Source of the DNA: Eremomyces bilateralis CBS 781.70
Taxonomy: Eukaryota
Strand: one strand, 5' to 3'
Length of the DNA stretch: 64,000 nt
NCBI GenBank assembly: GCA_010015585.1
Contig: ML975165.1
Made by a program: the position numbers and the translations under genes. The stretch's first letter is position 1. Each line of letters starts with the position of its first letter. Shown one piece after another: positions 38,717 to 49,035 of this stretch. The notes beneath the pieces are model-generated. The model ran no database searches, was not told where the DNA came from, and saw only the letters and a list, made by a program, of their open reading frames with translations.

Positions 38717-38870
38717 GTGAGCTTTGGAACGCGTACTGGCTGCGGAACGGTACGGGAATGTGAGCTTTGGAACGGTACGGGCTACGGAACGGTACCAGCT
38801 GCGGAACGGTACGGGAATGTCGAGCTTCGGAACGCTCCCTCCTTCCAAACGGGCTCTCCGAAACGGGCTC
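38717..38870. repeat. Array of six GGAACG(GTAC) motifs plus two AAACGGGCTC copies
   Basis: GGAACG at 38726, 38744, 38769, 38786, 38803 and 38829. Confidence 0.85.
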
Positions 38871-39058
38871 AGATCAGGGCGAGCTGGGTGGGAGAGCACT
38901 GGGTAAACTGGAGTGAGTGAGTCGGATAGTGTGGGGTATAGGAGCCCGAATGGCTAGGAGGCCACAAGGACACTGCGGATATCTGGAAGGCAAGAGGGAA
39001 TCAAACTGAGATTGGTCTCAAGCTATAATTGAGTGTAGATAAGTTGGAGCACGAAAAG

Positions 39059-39066
<8 letters not shown>

Positions 39067-39100
<34 letters not shown>
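39067..39100. repeat. (GA)17 microsatellite
   Basis: Perfect GA run. Confidence 0.95.
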
Positions 39101-39103
<3 letters not shown>

Positions 39104-39182
39104 TCATACGCCCGTCTAAACGGACGAAGGGATACACGGCGGTCATTGGGGGCGGTGCTTGGAACCTCGCTGCCTCGCCTAT

Positions 39183-39355
39183 CTCATTGGCCGCCACCAG
39201 TGGGCGCAGGAATTCATGGCACACCGCGCTAGTGAGCCAAGACATACCCCGCTAATCCTTGGGGGTGCATAGCCTAACTTTACCAGCCCCTTGCCTAAGT
39301 TCCCTTCATTGCTGTGCCATGAATAGCTGCGCCCGCTGGTGCCGCTGGCAATGAG
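39183..39355. repeat. Imperfect ~42-bp inverted repeat with ~90-bp spacer
   Basis: CACCAGTGGGCGCAGGAATTCATGGCACA pairs with TGTGCCATGAATAGCTGCGCCCGCTGGTG; outer CTCATTG/CAATGAG. Confidence 0.8.
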
Positions 39356-39524
39356 GCTGGGAATACATGGCTGTGCAGTCTGTTTTAAGCAGTCGTAAAA
39401 CGCAACCAACCAGTTTATGCCAGCAGTGAATATATAAGCGGGGAAACTATTCACTAATTCTGTCTTTGGTGATCTCTCCTATTAATACCACAAATTTTCA
39501 ATCTCGTTGAGTTCCAAGGTCAAC

Positions 39525-41300
39525 ATGTCCCAGCAGTCGAAACCTAGCAATCATCAAGATTGGCGGAAGAATCTCTCCACAAATTATTTGCCCCTACTCG
39601 CGTTGACGCCAGTCTTTGCTGTCGCAATCACTATGTTGTGTCTAGTATTAACGCAATGGCATGGCTCCGAGAGAGTGGCCCATTTTGCGGAAGCGAACCG
39701 AGCAGAAGTTGCAATTGCGGTCCAAGTTATATCTAGCCTTCTTGGTCTACTGGAGATAGCCGTACTATGTATGTGTTTTTGTTATTCTTACCATCAGATT
39801 GCCTAATATCGCCAAGGCGCTATTCTCCGTCTATCATATAGCTGTTATGCTTCCCAAAACCGACTTTCCCTTCGGTCCCTGCAATTTGCATTTGCTGTAA
39901 ACTCGCAGACTTTTACCTGGTCCCTACCATTCATACGGCTTTCCGTTTTGCTCGGATCCATGGCTATCGCATTGCTCCCTGCGGCAATATGGTCAGGTGC
40001 GATTACGCCCATTTCTGTGAGCTACAACAACGTATCCGATATTCAAGTGCCAAGTTTTCGAACGTCGAATGTATCTTCGCTTTGGGACGCGGAACGACAT
40101 TCATCGAGATGGCAGACAGAAAAGGGGTTGTTTTCTTATGACGCGCCAGCTATGAGAGGACTTCTGCTCAACTCGGCCAGCGGAGCTTCAGTTGTCAAAC
40201 CGCAAGACGCGATTCATGCAAAATTGGACAAAACAGGGTTTGTCTATAAAGGTCGTAGCTATGGGATGGGTGCCGCTGCCGGATTGGTCGACCTTATCAC
40301 TGCCGGATCAACTGTTCAAGCCATCTTTTATGTTGACGAAGGATTCGAGTCCGTGGTGTCCTGCCATTACAACAGATCGAGCGCATATCGCCTAGAGCGC
40401 ATGAATAATGTTGGCTCCCTGTACAGCATATATTGGTTAAAAGGATACTATCCCAACGGCGCAAAGGTTCATGTGGAAGGGGAGACAATCTACTCTGCCC
40501 GCAAACCATACGATATTTTCTCATGGGGTGCAGCATATTCAAGACTGGAAAAGGTCATCTATTTGCCGATGGCTTCGCCTGCTACACCTGACAACGATAA
40601 ATGGTCCTTCTCGGAATTTAACGCTACACAATGTGAAATCCGGTTCACGCCGCGCAGATTTAATGTCGAAGCCAACTATACTAGTAGCGAAATTCGCGTT
40701 ACACCGGGATCAGATATTCCATGGCCAAACTACTCGGACGCAGTGATTGAAAAAATCAGATACTGGCTCTGGGCCATGTCTTACGTTGATGGCGGCTTTG
40801 GCGGATCTCAACTTGGTCGATCGCTCCGACTTAACGTAGACAAGCTGCAAGCATCAAGGAACATATCTGAGACCACCACGATGCGTGCCATCGAGGATTA
40901 CGTCGCGTCTTTGGTTGACAATATCCTTATCGGACTTGTCTCTACGCGGATGATTGTCGGCAATGAGAGTGCTCCTGTGAGCATGCGAGTTACGGCTCCC
41001 GCTATGAAACTCGGAGATTTGAGATTCATCATTGGAGTCTTCGCTATGAATCTCATGCTGTTGCTACTGTACTGCGTGGAGGCGTTGCGGACTCGTTTTT
41101 GGGGAAAATGTCCCGATGTTGATTTATTCGACTTGACTGGATTGGTAAAGGGGATTTCTGATGGAAGCTTGCTGATAACACCTGACTCTGAAAACGATCA
41201 TCAACGCCAGAGCTTTGACCTATGGGTCTCAGTACTTCCTAATACTGATGCCGAAACTGAGAACGCAAAGCTGTTGGACCGTATCGTCATAGATGGCTGA
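39525..41300 (+). CDS. Uncharacterised membrane glycoprotein, ~575 aa (intron 39769-39816)
   Basis: TATATAA at ~39431; the GTATGT..CTAAT..AAG intron keeps frame with the 450-aa ORF; three N-terminal and one C-terminal hydrophobic segments and several NxS/T sites. Confidence 0.8.
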
Positions 41301-41544
41301 GGTCGGAATGTTTTAAAGTTAGCCGGCTGGTACTCAGATCCGGTAACAAAGTACTTTATGCCTCATTGATTTGATCCAAAACACTTTTTTGCGATGGGCT
41401 CTGCCCTATCCGGGTTGCCATTCAGATGTTTGTCAACGTTCGTGAGCTTGATCTTAAATCTTTCTTGTTTGATCAGCCTGGCCTGAGTGAAGTCTTTTTC
41501 TGCTAGATTCTTCCATGGCTGTTTGTCTCTGACCATTTTACTGC

Positions 41545-41919
41545 CGAGCAAATTCCAGTCTTTAGAAAAGAAATCAACGGCTTTGGGGCGATAAGCTCTT
41601 GAAGCGTCCAGCCCCTGGAGAACCATCTGCTCTTCCGCAATGACACCTCCCATGGCTTAGCTAGCGGATGAGGGCGAGAGAGTTTGAACTTGTAGACGCC
41701 GGAGTTCCCTTCTCTTGCACCCTCGTTCACCACCTCTCCTGCTAGCCATGGGAAGCTCTCGTATAGCTGACGGAGGTCCTTGGATAAGGTATCGATGATG
41801 GGTGAGGGATCGGGAGAAGCTGCGGTTGGGTAGAAGAGTGAGATTTGCGTATATAAAGTCGCTAAACCTGGTTGTTGTCCGAAGATATCAAGCTCGCCTT
41901 CAACGCATTGGGTAGTCAT
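41545..41919 (-). pseudogene. Chimeric remnant: TRI101-like BAHD acetyltransferase N-terminus fused to a HET-protein fragment
   Basis: LDIFGQQP..LYTQISLFYP..FPWLAGEVVNEG, then SRWFSRGWTLQELIAP/KAVDFFSKDWNLLGSK with a 1-bp frameshift at 41585-41588. Confidence 0.8.
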
Positions 41920-42869
41920 CGTCACTGTGTCCGTTCCTATATCATTAGTCTTCTAGAATCTAGGCTTTTTCTTGATGAGATGAAAAATATTTGCTCGTAG
42001 TTTCTCAATCCTCGGGGTCATATATATACTTCCTATATGAACTCGCAACCCCCAGGGAAAAATTATAGTCTCATTATGATTCATCTACAGGATGCAAACT
42101 GCAATCACAGAGCCCTATTGGTGCTTATTATTATTACCTCGGGCACTTGATTGTGTTCCAGAGGTGAGTGGTAGGCCTTGATCGTGTTCCACGCTCCGTG
42201 TAAGGTGTTTGGCTTGTTAGCAGGACGCCCATAAGTTACATGTAGACCACCTGTACCAGATGATACCCCTCATAGCTTTATTCTCGATTGACCTTGAAAG
42301 CTATTAAAAGATTTTTATTTTATCCAGGGTTACACAAGTTCTGGGGCGGTGGTGGGTACCTTGGTACCTTTGTTGGGCGGTGAGTGCCTGCTGGAGGTGG
42401 CAGGTACCCGTGATAGAGGGTAGCTCCGCGAATAATATGCGGGTGCCTGGCTACAGGCTCTTGACAAACCTGTGCCCGCTGGCTGGAGACTAGTTATCAA
42501 GTGGCAACCAATACCTTCAGTGTTCTGACGCTCATGGGTTCCACGGTCTCCAGGGCTACCAGCATAGGGCCGTGCTTCCAAACAACGCCAAACAACCTCG
42601 GAACACCCCCGGAGCGATTCGATTCGCCTCGTAGCGATCCAGGGCCCAGACAATGCGGTTAGTCGTTCGTATATGCACTGGAACTTTATCTTCGCGACCG
42701 GCTAATGGGCCTGCCTTTGTGATTAGCGAACTTTAGAATGATCGTGCAGCTTTCGATGACCGAGGAAAAAATGTTGGGCTTTGTTGCCAAACTACGATTT
42801 GCTGCCAGATTTGATGATTTTGCAGTGAACGGGAAATTCTAGACTAGCTACCAATAAGTAGACATGTGT

Positions 42870-44275
42870 CTGTGCACACCCCCGAAAATCACCAAATCTG
42901 ATCGCCATACACCGTATCTTGAGATACGCTGAAAAACACATACAAATGCAAATTCAGTCTACTTTTTTGATTTCTTAATTGGGAAATATCTAATATTTCG
43001 TATGTCACCCTTTTGCCTTGATTACCGCCTGTAGACGTCGCGGAATTGAGTCGATCAGCTCTCGGACCGTCTCCTGCGGGATCGCCCACCACGCCTCCTT
43101 TAACGCCGNNNNNNNNNNNNNNNNNNNNNNNNNNNNNNNNNNNNNNNNNNNNNNNNNNNNNNNNNNNNNNNNNNNNNNNNNNNNNNNNNNNNNNNNNNNN
43201 NNNNNNNNNNNNNNNNNNNNNNNNNNNNNNNNNNNNNNNNNNNNNNNNNNNNNNNNNNNNNNNNNNNNNNNNNNNNNNNNNNNNNNNNNNNNNNNNNNNN
43301 NNNNNNNNNNNNNNNNNNNNNNNNNNNNNNNNNNNNNNNNNNNNNNNNNNNNNNNNNNNNNNNNNNNNNNNNNNNNNNNNNNNNNNNNNNNNNNNNNNNN
43401 NNNNNNNNNNNNNNNNNNNNNNNNNNNNNNNNNNNNNNNNNNNNNNNNNNNNNNNNNNNNNNNNNNNNNNNNNNNNNNNNNNNNNNNNNNNNNNNNNNNN
43501 NNNNNNNNNNNNNNNNNNNNNNNNNNNNNNNNNNNNNNNNNNNNNNNNNNNNNNNNNNNNNNNNNNNNNNNNNNNNNNNNNNNNNNNNNNNNNNNNNNNN
43601 NNNNNNNNNNNNNNNNNNNNNNNNNNNNNNNNNNNNNNNNNNNNNNNNNNNNNNNNNNNNNNNNNNNNNNNNNNNNNNNNNNNNNNNNNNNNNNNNNNNN
43701 NNNNNNNNNNNNNNNNNNNNNNNNNNNNNNNNNNNNNNNNNNNNNNNNNNNNNNNNNNNNNNNNNNNNNNNNNNNNNNNNNNNNNNNNNNNNNNNNNNNN
43801 NNNNNNNNNNNNNNNNNNNNNNNNNNNNNNNNNNNNNNNNNNNNNNNNNNNNNNNNNNNNNNNNNNNNNNNNNNNNNNNNNNNNNNNNNNNNNNNNNNNN
43901 NNNNNNNNNNNNNACCGCGCGTCGAGAGACGCGAAAGTTGCGCGCGATTTCAGTCTTTGGTTTCCCATCTTCAACAGCCTGAATAATCCCAGCTCTTTGA
44001 GAGACTGATAACTCCTTATTAGGCCTTCGATTACTACTAATTTCTGTGCCAAAAGACCTCATTTTGGTAAAGTTATTGATTGTCCAAGTAAGTGGTGGGT
44101 GTAGAGATATCAGCTGAGACTGGGGTCTGTGCGCAGACTCTTGGCTTAGTACTTTAGTAGTAGATGTGATATTGCTGTAGTAGCGTGCCACTTAATCTAA
44201 TTTAATGAGAGCTCGCAAAACCAGGAGTTTTGATGAGATTTTAGGCTTTGAACGGTGACTTTTGCGGAGGAACTG
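42870..44275 (-). mobile_element. Tc1/impala-like transposon; transposase 44062->42990 interrupted by the assembly gap and a premature stop
   Basis: N-terminus MRSFGTEISSNRRPNKELSVSQRAGII..EIARNFRVSRRAV (HTH); C-terminus LKEAWWAIPQETVRELIDSIPRRLQAVIKAKG*HTKY; TIR TA|CAGTTCCTCCGCAAAAGTCACC at 44277-44254. The left end is approximate. Confidence 0.85.
43109..43913. other. Assembly gap (805 N)
   Basis: Run of N. Confidence 1.
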
Positions 44276-44451
44276 TACCGGTAGTTAGGAGTGAAACCCG
44301 GGCGCAAGTGAGGTTCTTATGGGTGGGCAGACCAAACGCGGTATCACGACAATTTCAAAGACAAACTGAGCATGAACTTAGTTATTGAAACCGTTCGACA
44401 AAAGCGCTAAATTGTCCAACATCCAACATACATCCATATCACACACTCTAT

Positions 44452-46298
44452 CTACAACTTCGCCTTGTTTTCCTTCTTCGCCGCCTCCCTCAACTCCCTC
44501 CTCAAGATCTTCCCTACTGTGCTACGCGGAATCGCCTCCATGTACACGACCCCTCCTCGCAGCTGCTTATGCGGCGACAACTTCGAAGCAATAAACTGCT
44601 TCACCTCCTCCTCGCTCAACTTCTTCCGATCCGCCACGACATACGCCCTCGGCGCCTCCGTTCCCTCAAACGGCACCCCAATAACCGCCGCGTCCTCAAT
44701 AAACGGATGGCTCAACAGCAATCCCTCCAACTCCGCCGGCGCCACCTGCAGCCCCTTATATTTAATCAGTTCCTTCTTCCGGTCCGTCACGTACCATAGC
44801 CCGTTGCGCTGTTGCAAGATGTCGCCGGTGCGGAACCAGCCGTCGAGGAACGCTTCCTTGGTGGCCTCGGGGTTGTCGTGGTAGCCTTTGGTGATTGTGG
44901 GGCCGCGGATGATCGCTTCGCCAGGTTGGCCTTCGGGGACGTCTTGGTCGTCGTCGTCGACGAGGCGCAGCTGCATGTTGGGGTGGATGGTGCCCACGCT
45001 GCCGGTGGTGTCGGTGAGTCCACGGGGGAGGGAGGTGACGGAGCCGGTGGCCTCAGAAAGGCCCCAAGTGCCCTGTGTTGTGCATTGTAAGTAACTTTCA
45101 CACCTCACGTTACTGATATAAATCAGAATAGGGGACAGGACTTACCCCGACGGACTTCGATCCATCCGCCAGCTTCTTCTGCGATCCGGTCTGCACAAAG
45201 TCATCCATCGGCGCCGCGCCACCCAACCCGCCCTCAAACGACGCGAACTGATCCGTCACGTCCGCCGACTTCGCGATGCGCGCATAAATCGCCGGCACGG
45301 AAAAGAACCCGGTGATCTGGTGCTGCTTGTTGTACTCGAGGAACTTCTTCCACTCGTACTTGCGCATCCAGTAGAGCGACGTGCCGCTGTAGACGGGGCT
45401 GATGAAGTAGCCGCTCACACCGGCGATGTGCGCCGCGGGGAGATGCGCGATGGTACGCTGCGGTGAGGGGATGATCTCGCCGGACATGACGCGGGGGAAG
45501 GCCCATTCGCGGGCGGCCTGGCTGGGGTTGTACGTTGAGGCGACGACGTTTTGGTGGGAGAGTCGGACACCTACGAACAGTTAGTCGCCGACGAGAGAGC
45601 GAGAAACAAACGCAAATCCTCACCTTTCGGCGCCCCCGTCGTCCCCGAACTATACAGCAAAATAATCAAACTCTCCTCCAACCTCACCGGATCCGTCACC
45701 CGCTCCCACATTAACCGCTCCTCCGTCCACCCTCCAAAACTCCCATCTACACTCCTCATCCCCCACTTCCCCGCATCCGACTCCAGCACCAGGACCCGAT
45801 CCAACCCCAACCCACAGATCCCCGCCGCCTCCACCGCCACCTCCACCAAATCCGCACTCGTAATCAACAGCTTCGCATCCCCCTGCGTCACCTGGCGCGC
45901 CAGCTCCGCCGGTGTGAAGCTATGCGACGCCGCGCTGAAGACGCCACCGGCGGCGACGGTGCCATAGAAGGCGACGGGGAGGAGGATCTGGAGGCTGGAG
46001 AAGCCGACGACGACGTCGTGGTTGGGGCCGGCGGCGCCGATCCCGAAGCGGGTGCGGAAGGCGTGAGCAAATTGCTCGGTGAGGGAGATGGTGGTGGATT
46101 TGGTGAGGTAGTTTGACGGGTTGGCGGCGTCAATGTGGAGTTGGGTGTCGGGTTGGGAGAGGGCGTGTTGGGATTCTGGGGGGGTTAGGATTTGCTAGAG
46201 ACGTGGATACGGGTGGTGGGGATACCGAAGAGAAAGGTCAACATGTCCATCTGCGGGAACGCGTAGTATCGCTCGCCATAGTAGATTTTCGGTGCCAT
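44452..46298 (-). CDS. 4-coumarate-CoA ligase-like acyl-CoA synthetase, peroxisomal (PTS1 AKL)
   Basis: YSSGTTGAPKG, WGLSE, WFRTGD, DRKKELIKYKGLQVAPAELE, KQLRGGV, GKILRR; C-terminal AKL. Confidence 0.92.
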
Positions 46299-47454
46299 CT
46301 TGACTATATATATCCTGATATTTGGAGTAGATCGACTAAGGAAACGCTGAATATCAACCAATTGACGACAGAAGACTGCTAGCACAAAGACACTCTAAGA
46401 CAAGGCCCGCAAAGAGGATGAAAAGCAACCAGGACAGATACAGCAAGTTCTAGATCGCCTACAGAGTACTATGTAAGTACAGAGGCGACCCGACCACCTT
46501 AAGTTCTGGCTTCTGAAATTACCGAAATATACCGGAAACAGTTAACCGGAGCCGCTGCTCATATTGCTAGCATTTTAGCGCCATAACAAGCCTACGAGAA
46601 GTCGAGAACCTCGCTCGTTGATGGTGGGATTGGTCGCTTGGATGGTTAATTTGAGGGGTCTCTCCACGTCCTCGGCTCCATCTTGGACGCTTGAGAGCCG
46701 AAATCCGGGGAAATGTGCGGCGGAATCAGCGAAGGTGGCTTGGAAATTGGTGATGGGCCAATGGCATCGTCGGGAATGAAATGCGTACCGTGGTACTTGG
46801 GTACATGCGGATCCCGATTCTAGGAGTGGTGCAGTTATTTTCGTACATAGGTGCCCACACTCTGTCCTCGTTGCAGCAAGGCGCTCGTCTCAAATTGTGT
46901 GTGAGAAACCGAGAATCAAAGACCTTCAGTCCTCTCCACCAAGCCAAAGCCGGAAGAGTGGCATCTACCGTCCGTATGCAAACTTGCAAAAAACCCAGCA
47001 AAGTCGTGTTGAGAAACGCTGTGAGGGACCATTCCGCCGACCACGAAAGGCGTATCGCAAAAAGAGATACGCTGGCGTGTCTCCATCTATACCAGTAGTA
47101 GTCGATCTAGAGGAATCTTTCGACACACCAACAAGCCAGCTTCGCGTCCCTCCATTCCATAGTAGTCAAACAATGCTTGTAATCCGTAGTACAGAGAGTT
47201 GAGTATTGGACTCAATACTGCTCATTCCGTTTTTCTTCGATATCGTGGACGTTCTGCCTTTTTCGATATACCCTCCATGAAGGCCACCGATCGCTCTAAA
47301 ATCCCTCTCGGATATCTACCGCAACCGCTCACTTCCATTTACCAAAGCTCGAGGCCTAACAGCCATCGCGATTATCGTAAAGGCCCAGTCGATGACATCG
47401 AGTGGTGATTCTATTCAGGGGTCCAACGCGAGCCAACAGCAACGGAGAGTGTTC

Positions 47455-49035
47455 TCAGCCCAACCCGCGTCGGTTCCGCCTCATAATCTGCTCAATCGGC
47501 TCTAGAATCCCCGTGTTCTCCGCCCCCAACGCCTTCCCCTTATCCCACCCCATCTTCCTCAACATCGCATGCCCCTTACTCTCCGTCCCGATTTCCGGCG
47601 CGTCCGCCCCGATGACCTCGCCGTGTCCGTAGGTCGTCGGCGCACCGGCGCGGACATTGGTGCTGTCCTTGCTCGGGCCGGCACGGTCGCGTTTGATGCT
47701 CTTGGGTCCAATGGGGCGGCCGAGGACGCGGTCCATTTGCCGCTCGCTGATGGAGAGGGAGTGCGCGGTCTTCTTGAGGATGGTGAAGCGCTTGTTGCCT
47801 CCGCCGATGGATTTGGAGACGAGTTGGAGGTGGTGCGCGTAAAGATGGACGTTACGGCGTTGGTCGGGGGTCATGGGCGAAAAGGCGTAGCTGCGAGTGT
47901 GAGAAGGCGTCGGGGGCTGGATGGCGTGTACATACCTCTCATCGCCGGAGCGGATGAAGCTGCGGATCTCGTCGCGGATCTCCGTAATGGTCTTGCGGAT
48001 GATGACTTTGTCGGCTGCGGCTTTCGCTTTCTTGCTCTTGCTCCCAAGGAGCCCTTCCGCGCGAAGACGTTCCCGCTCCTGTTTCCTAGCTTTCTTCTTC
48101 ATCCGATCGTTCGCCCAGGCCGATTGCATTTCTTCGACCATCTCGTCGTCGGCGAGGTCGATCATGCCCTGGTAGCCCGGGAAACCTTTGGACTTCTTCT
48201 TGTTCCCCAGGCTCGGGCGGTTGAAGTCCGTGATGTCGAAGTCATCGATGTCGTCGAAGTCATCGTAGACATCACCTGTCTTGGCACTGGTGAATTCGGC
48301 AGCTTGAAGTCGCCTCGCGATCTCTTCGTCATCGATAGTCTCCGAGTGCGCGGTATCTGACTCATCGTCCGACTCTTCCGGTTCATCTGGGTCGCTATCG
48401 ACGATGACCTTGGCTTTCCCTTTGACGGAGGCAGTTCCATTTATGGAAGCAGTTCCATCGACATTAGGTCGGTGGGTGGAGCGAACATCACCGGAAAGAT
48501 CGGGGACTCCTTGGGTCTTATTGACATCGCTATCGGAGTCAGGCATGTAGAAGACATCTTGGTTGCCGTTGTGGTTGTCGATGTCCCGAGAAGCGAAGTT
48601 CGATTGACCCATCATGTAGGCCAGGTCATCCGCGTCCATGTTTTCCACGTAGTCATCGACGACCGCCTTCCGATTCGCCTTTTCTTGTTCCATAGCTTCG
48701 AACTCGGCGAGCATGTCAGTATTCTGTAAGAGGTCTCGTGGGTTCACTCGCTTCCCTGTCTTCGGGTGGTAGAGGTCACTCTTCTTCTTGTTCCACCCGA
48801 TGCCGGGCTTGCTCCGATGCTCCCATCGCTCCAGGTGATTCATGACATCCCACTCGTCGTTCAGCTTGTTCCTTTTGTGGGGTGCTAATTTTCTGAGCGC
48901 TTTCACCGAAGGAGTAGGGCTGGGTGGACAGCGACCCTCGAAGACGATCTCCTCACTGCCGGATGATGAGGCAGGAGAAGGAGACCTCGCTGGCTTCCCA
49001 TGCTTACTTCTGGCGTGTTTCTCATCAGCAGCCAT
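47455..49035 (-). CDS. SQS1: R3H + G-patch protein, Sqs1/Pfa1-like (intron 47891-47935)
   Basis: PMTPDQRRNVHLYAH..SKSIGGGNKR R3H; SKGHAMLRKMGWDKGKALGAENTGILEPI..GLG G-patch. Confidence 0.8.
   Translation of the reverse strand: MAADEKHARSKHGKPARSPSPASSSGSEEIVFEGRCPPSPTPSVKALRKLAPHKRNKLNDEWDVMNHLERWEHRSKPGIGWNKKKSDLYHPKTGKRVNPRDLLQNTDMLAEFEAMEQEKANRKAVVDDYVENMDADDLAYMMGQSNFASRDIDNHNGNQDVFYMPDSDSDVNKTQGVPDLSGDVRSTHRPNVDGTASINGTASVKGKAKVIVDSDPDEPEESDDESDTAHSETIDDEEIARRLQAAEFTSAKTGDVYDDFDDIDDFDITDFNRPSLGNKKKSKGFPGYQGMIDLADDEMVEEMQSAWANDRMKKKARKQERERLRAEGLLGSKSKKAKAAADKVIIRKTITEIRDEIRSFIRSGDERYVHAIQPPTPSHTRSYAFSPMTPDQRRNVHLYAHHLQLVSKSIGGGNKRFTILKKTAHSLSISERQMDRVLGRPIGPKSIKRDRAGPSKDSTNVRAGAPTTYGHGEVIGADAPEIGTESKGHAMLRKMGWDKGKALGAENTGILEPIEQIMRRNRRGLG

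Larger units (their letters stand above)
35506..42331 (+). mobile_element. Miniature/derelict Starship-like element (DUF3435 captain + cargo); ends provisional, could extend to ~44283
   Basis: The DUF3435-type recombinase is the first gene, followed by non-housekeeping cargo, all between two host genes; only short candidate direct repeats mark the ends. Confidence 0.55.

Noticed and set aside
38717..38870. CRISPR-like appearance of the GGAACG array
   Set aside because: Units are 17-26 bp with no unique spacers, there are no cas genes, and the context is eukaryotic.
35130..42889. ACACCCC(C)GAAAAT at 35130 and ~42876 as element boundary repeat
   Set aside because: Imperfect match; the first copy is in the OSH promoter and the second coincides with the Tc1 end, so it is probably chance.
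42889..44191. Four 320-390 aa ORFs in the track
   Set aside because: Artefacts of translating through the N gap; only the transposase termini are real.
35100..44400. 5S rRNA or tRNA target site at the element edges
   Set aside because: No recognisable 5S or tRNA sequence was found by eye here or elsewhere in the window; an Infernal/tRNAscan-SE run would be decisive.
39525..46298. Secondary-metabolite cluster (acetyltransferase + acyl-CoA ligase)
   Set aside because: The acetyltransferase is only a fragment, there is no backbone synthase, and the ligase has host-like composition.
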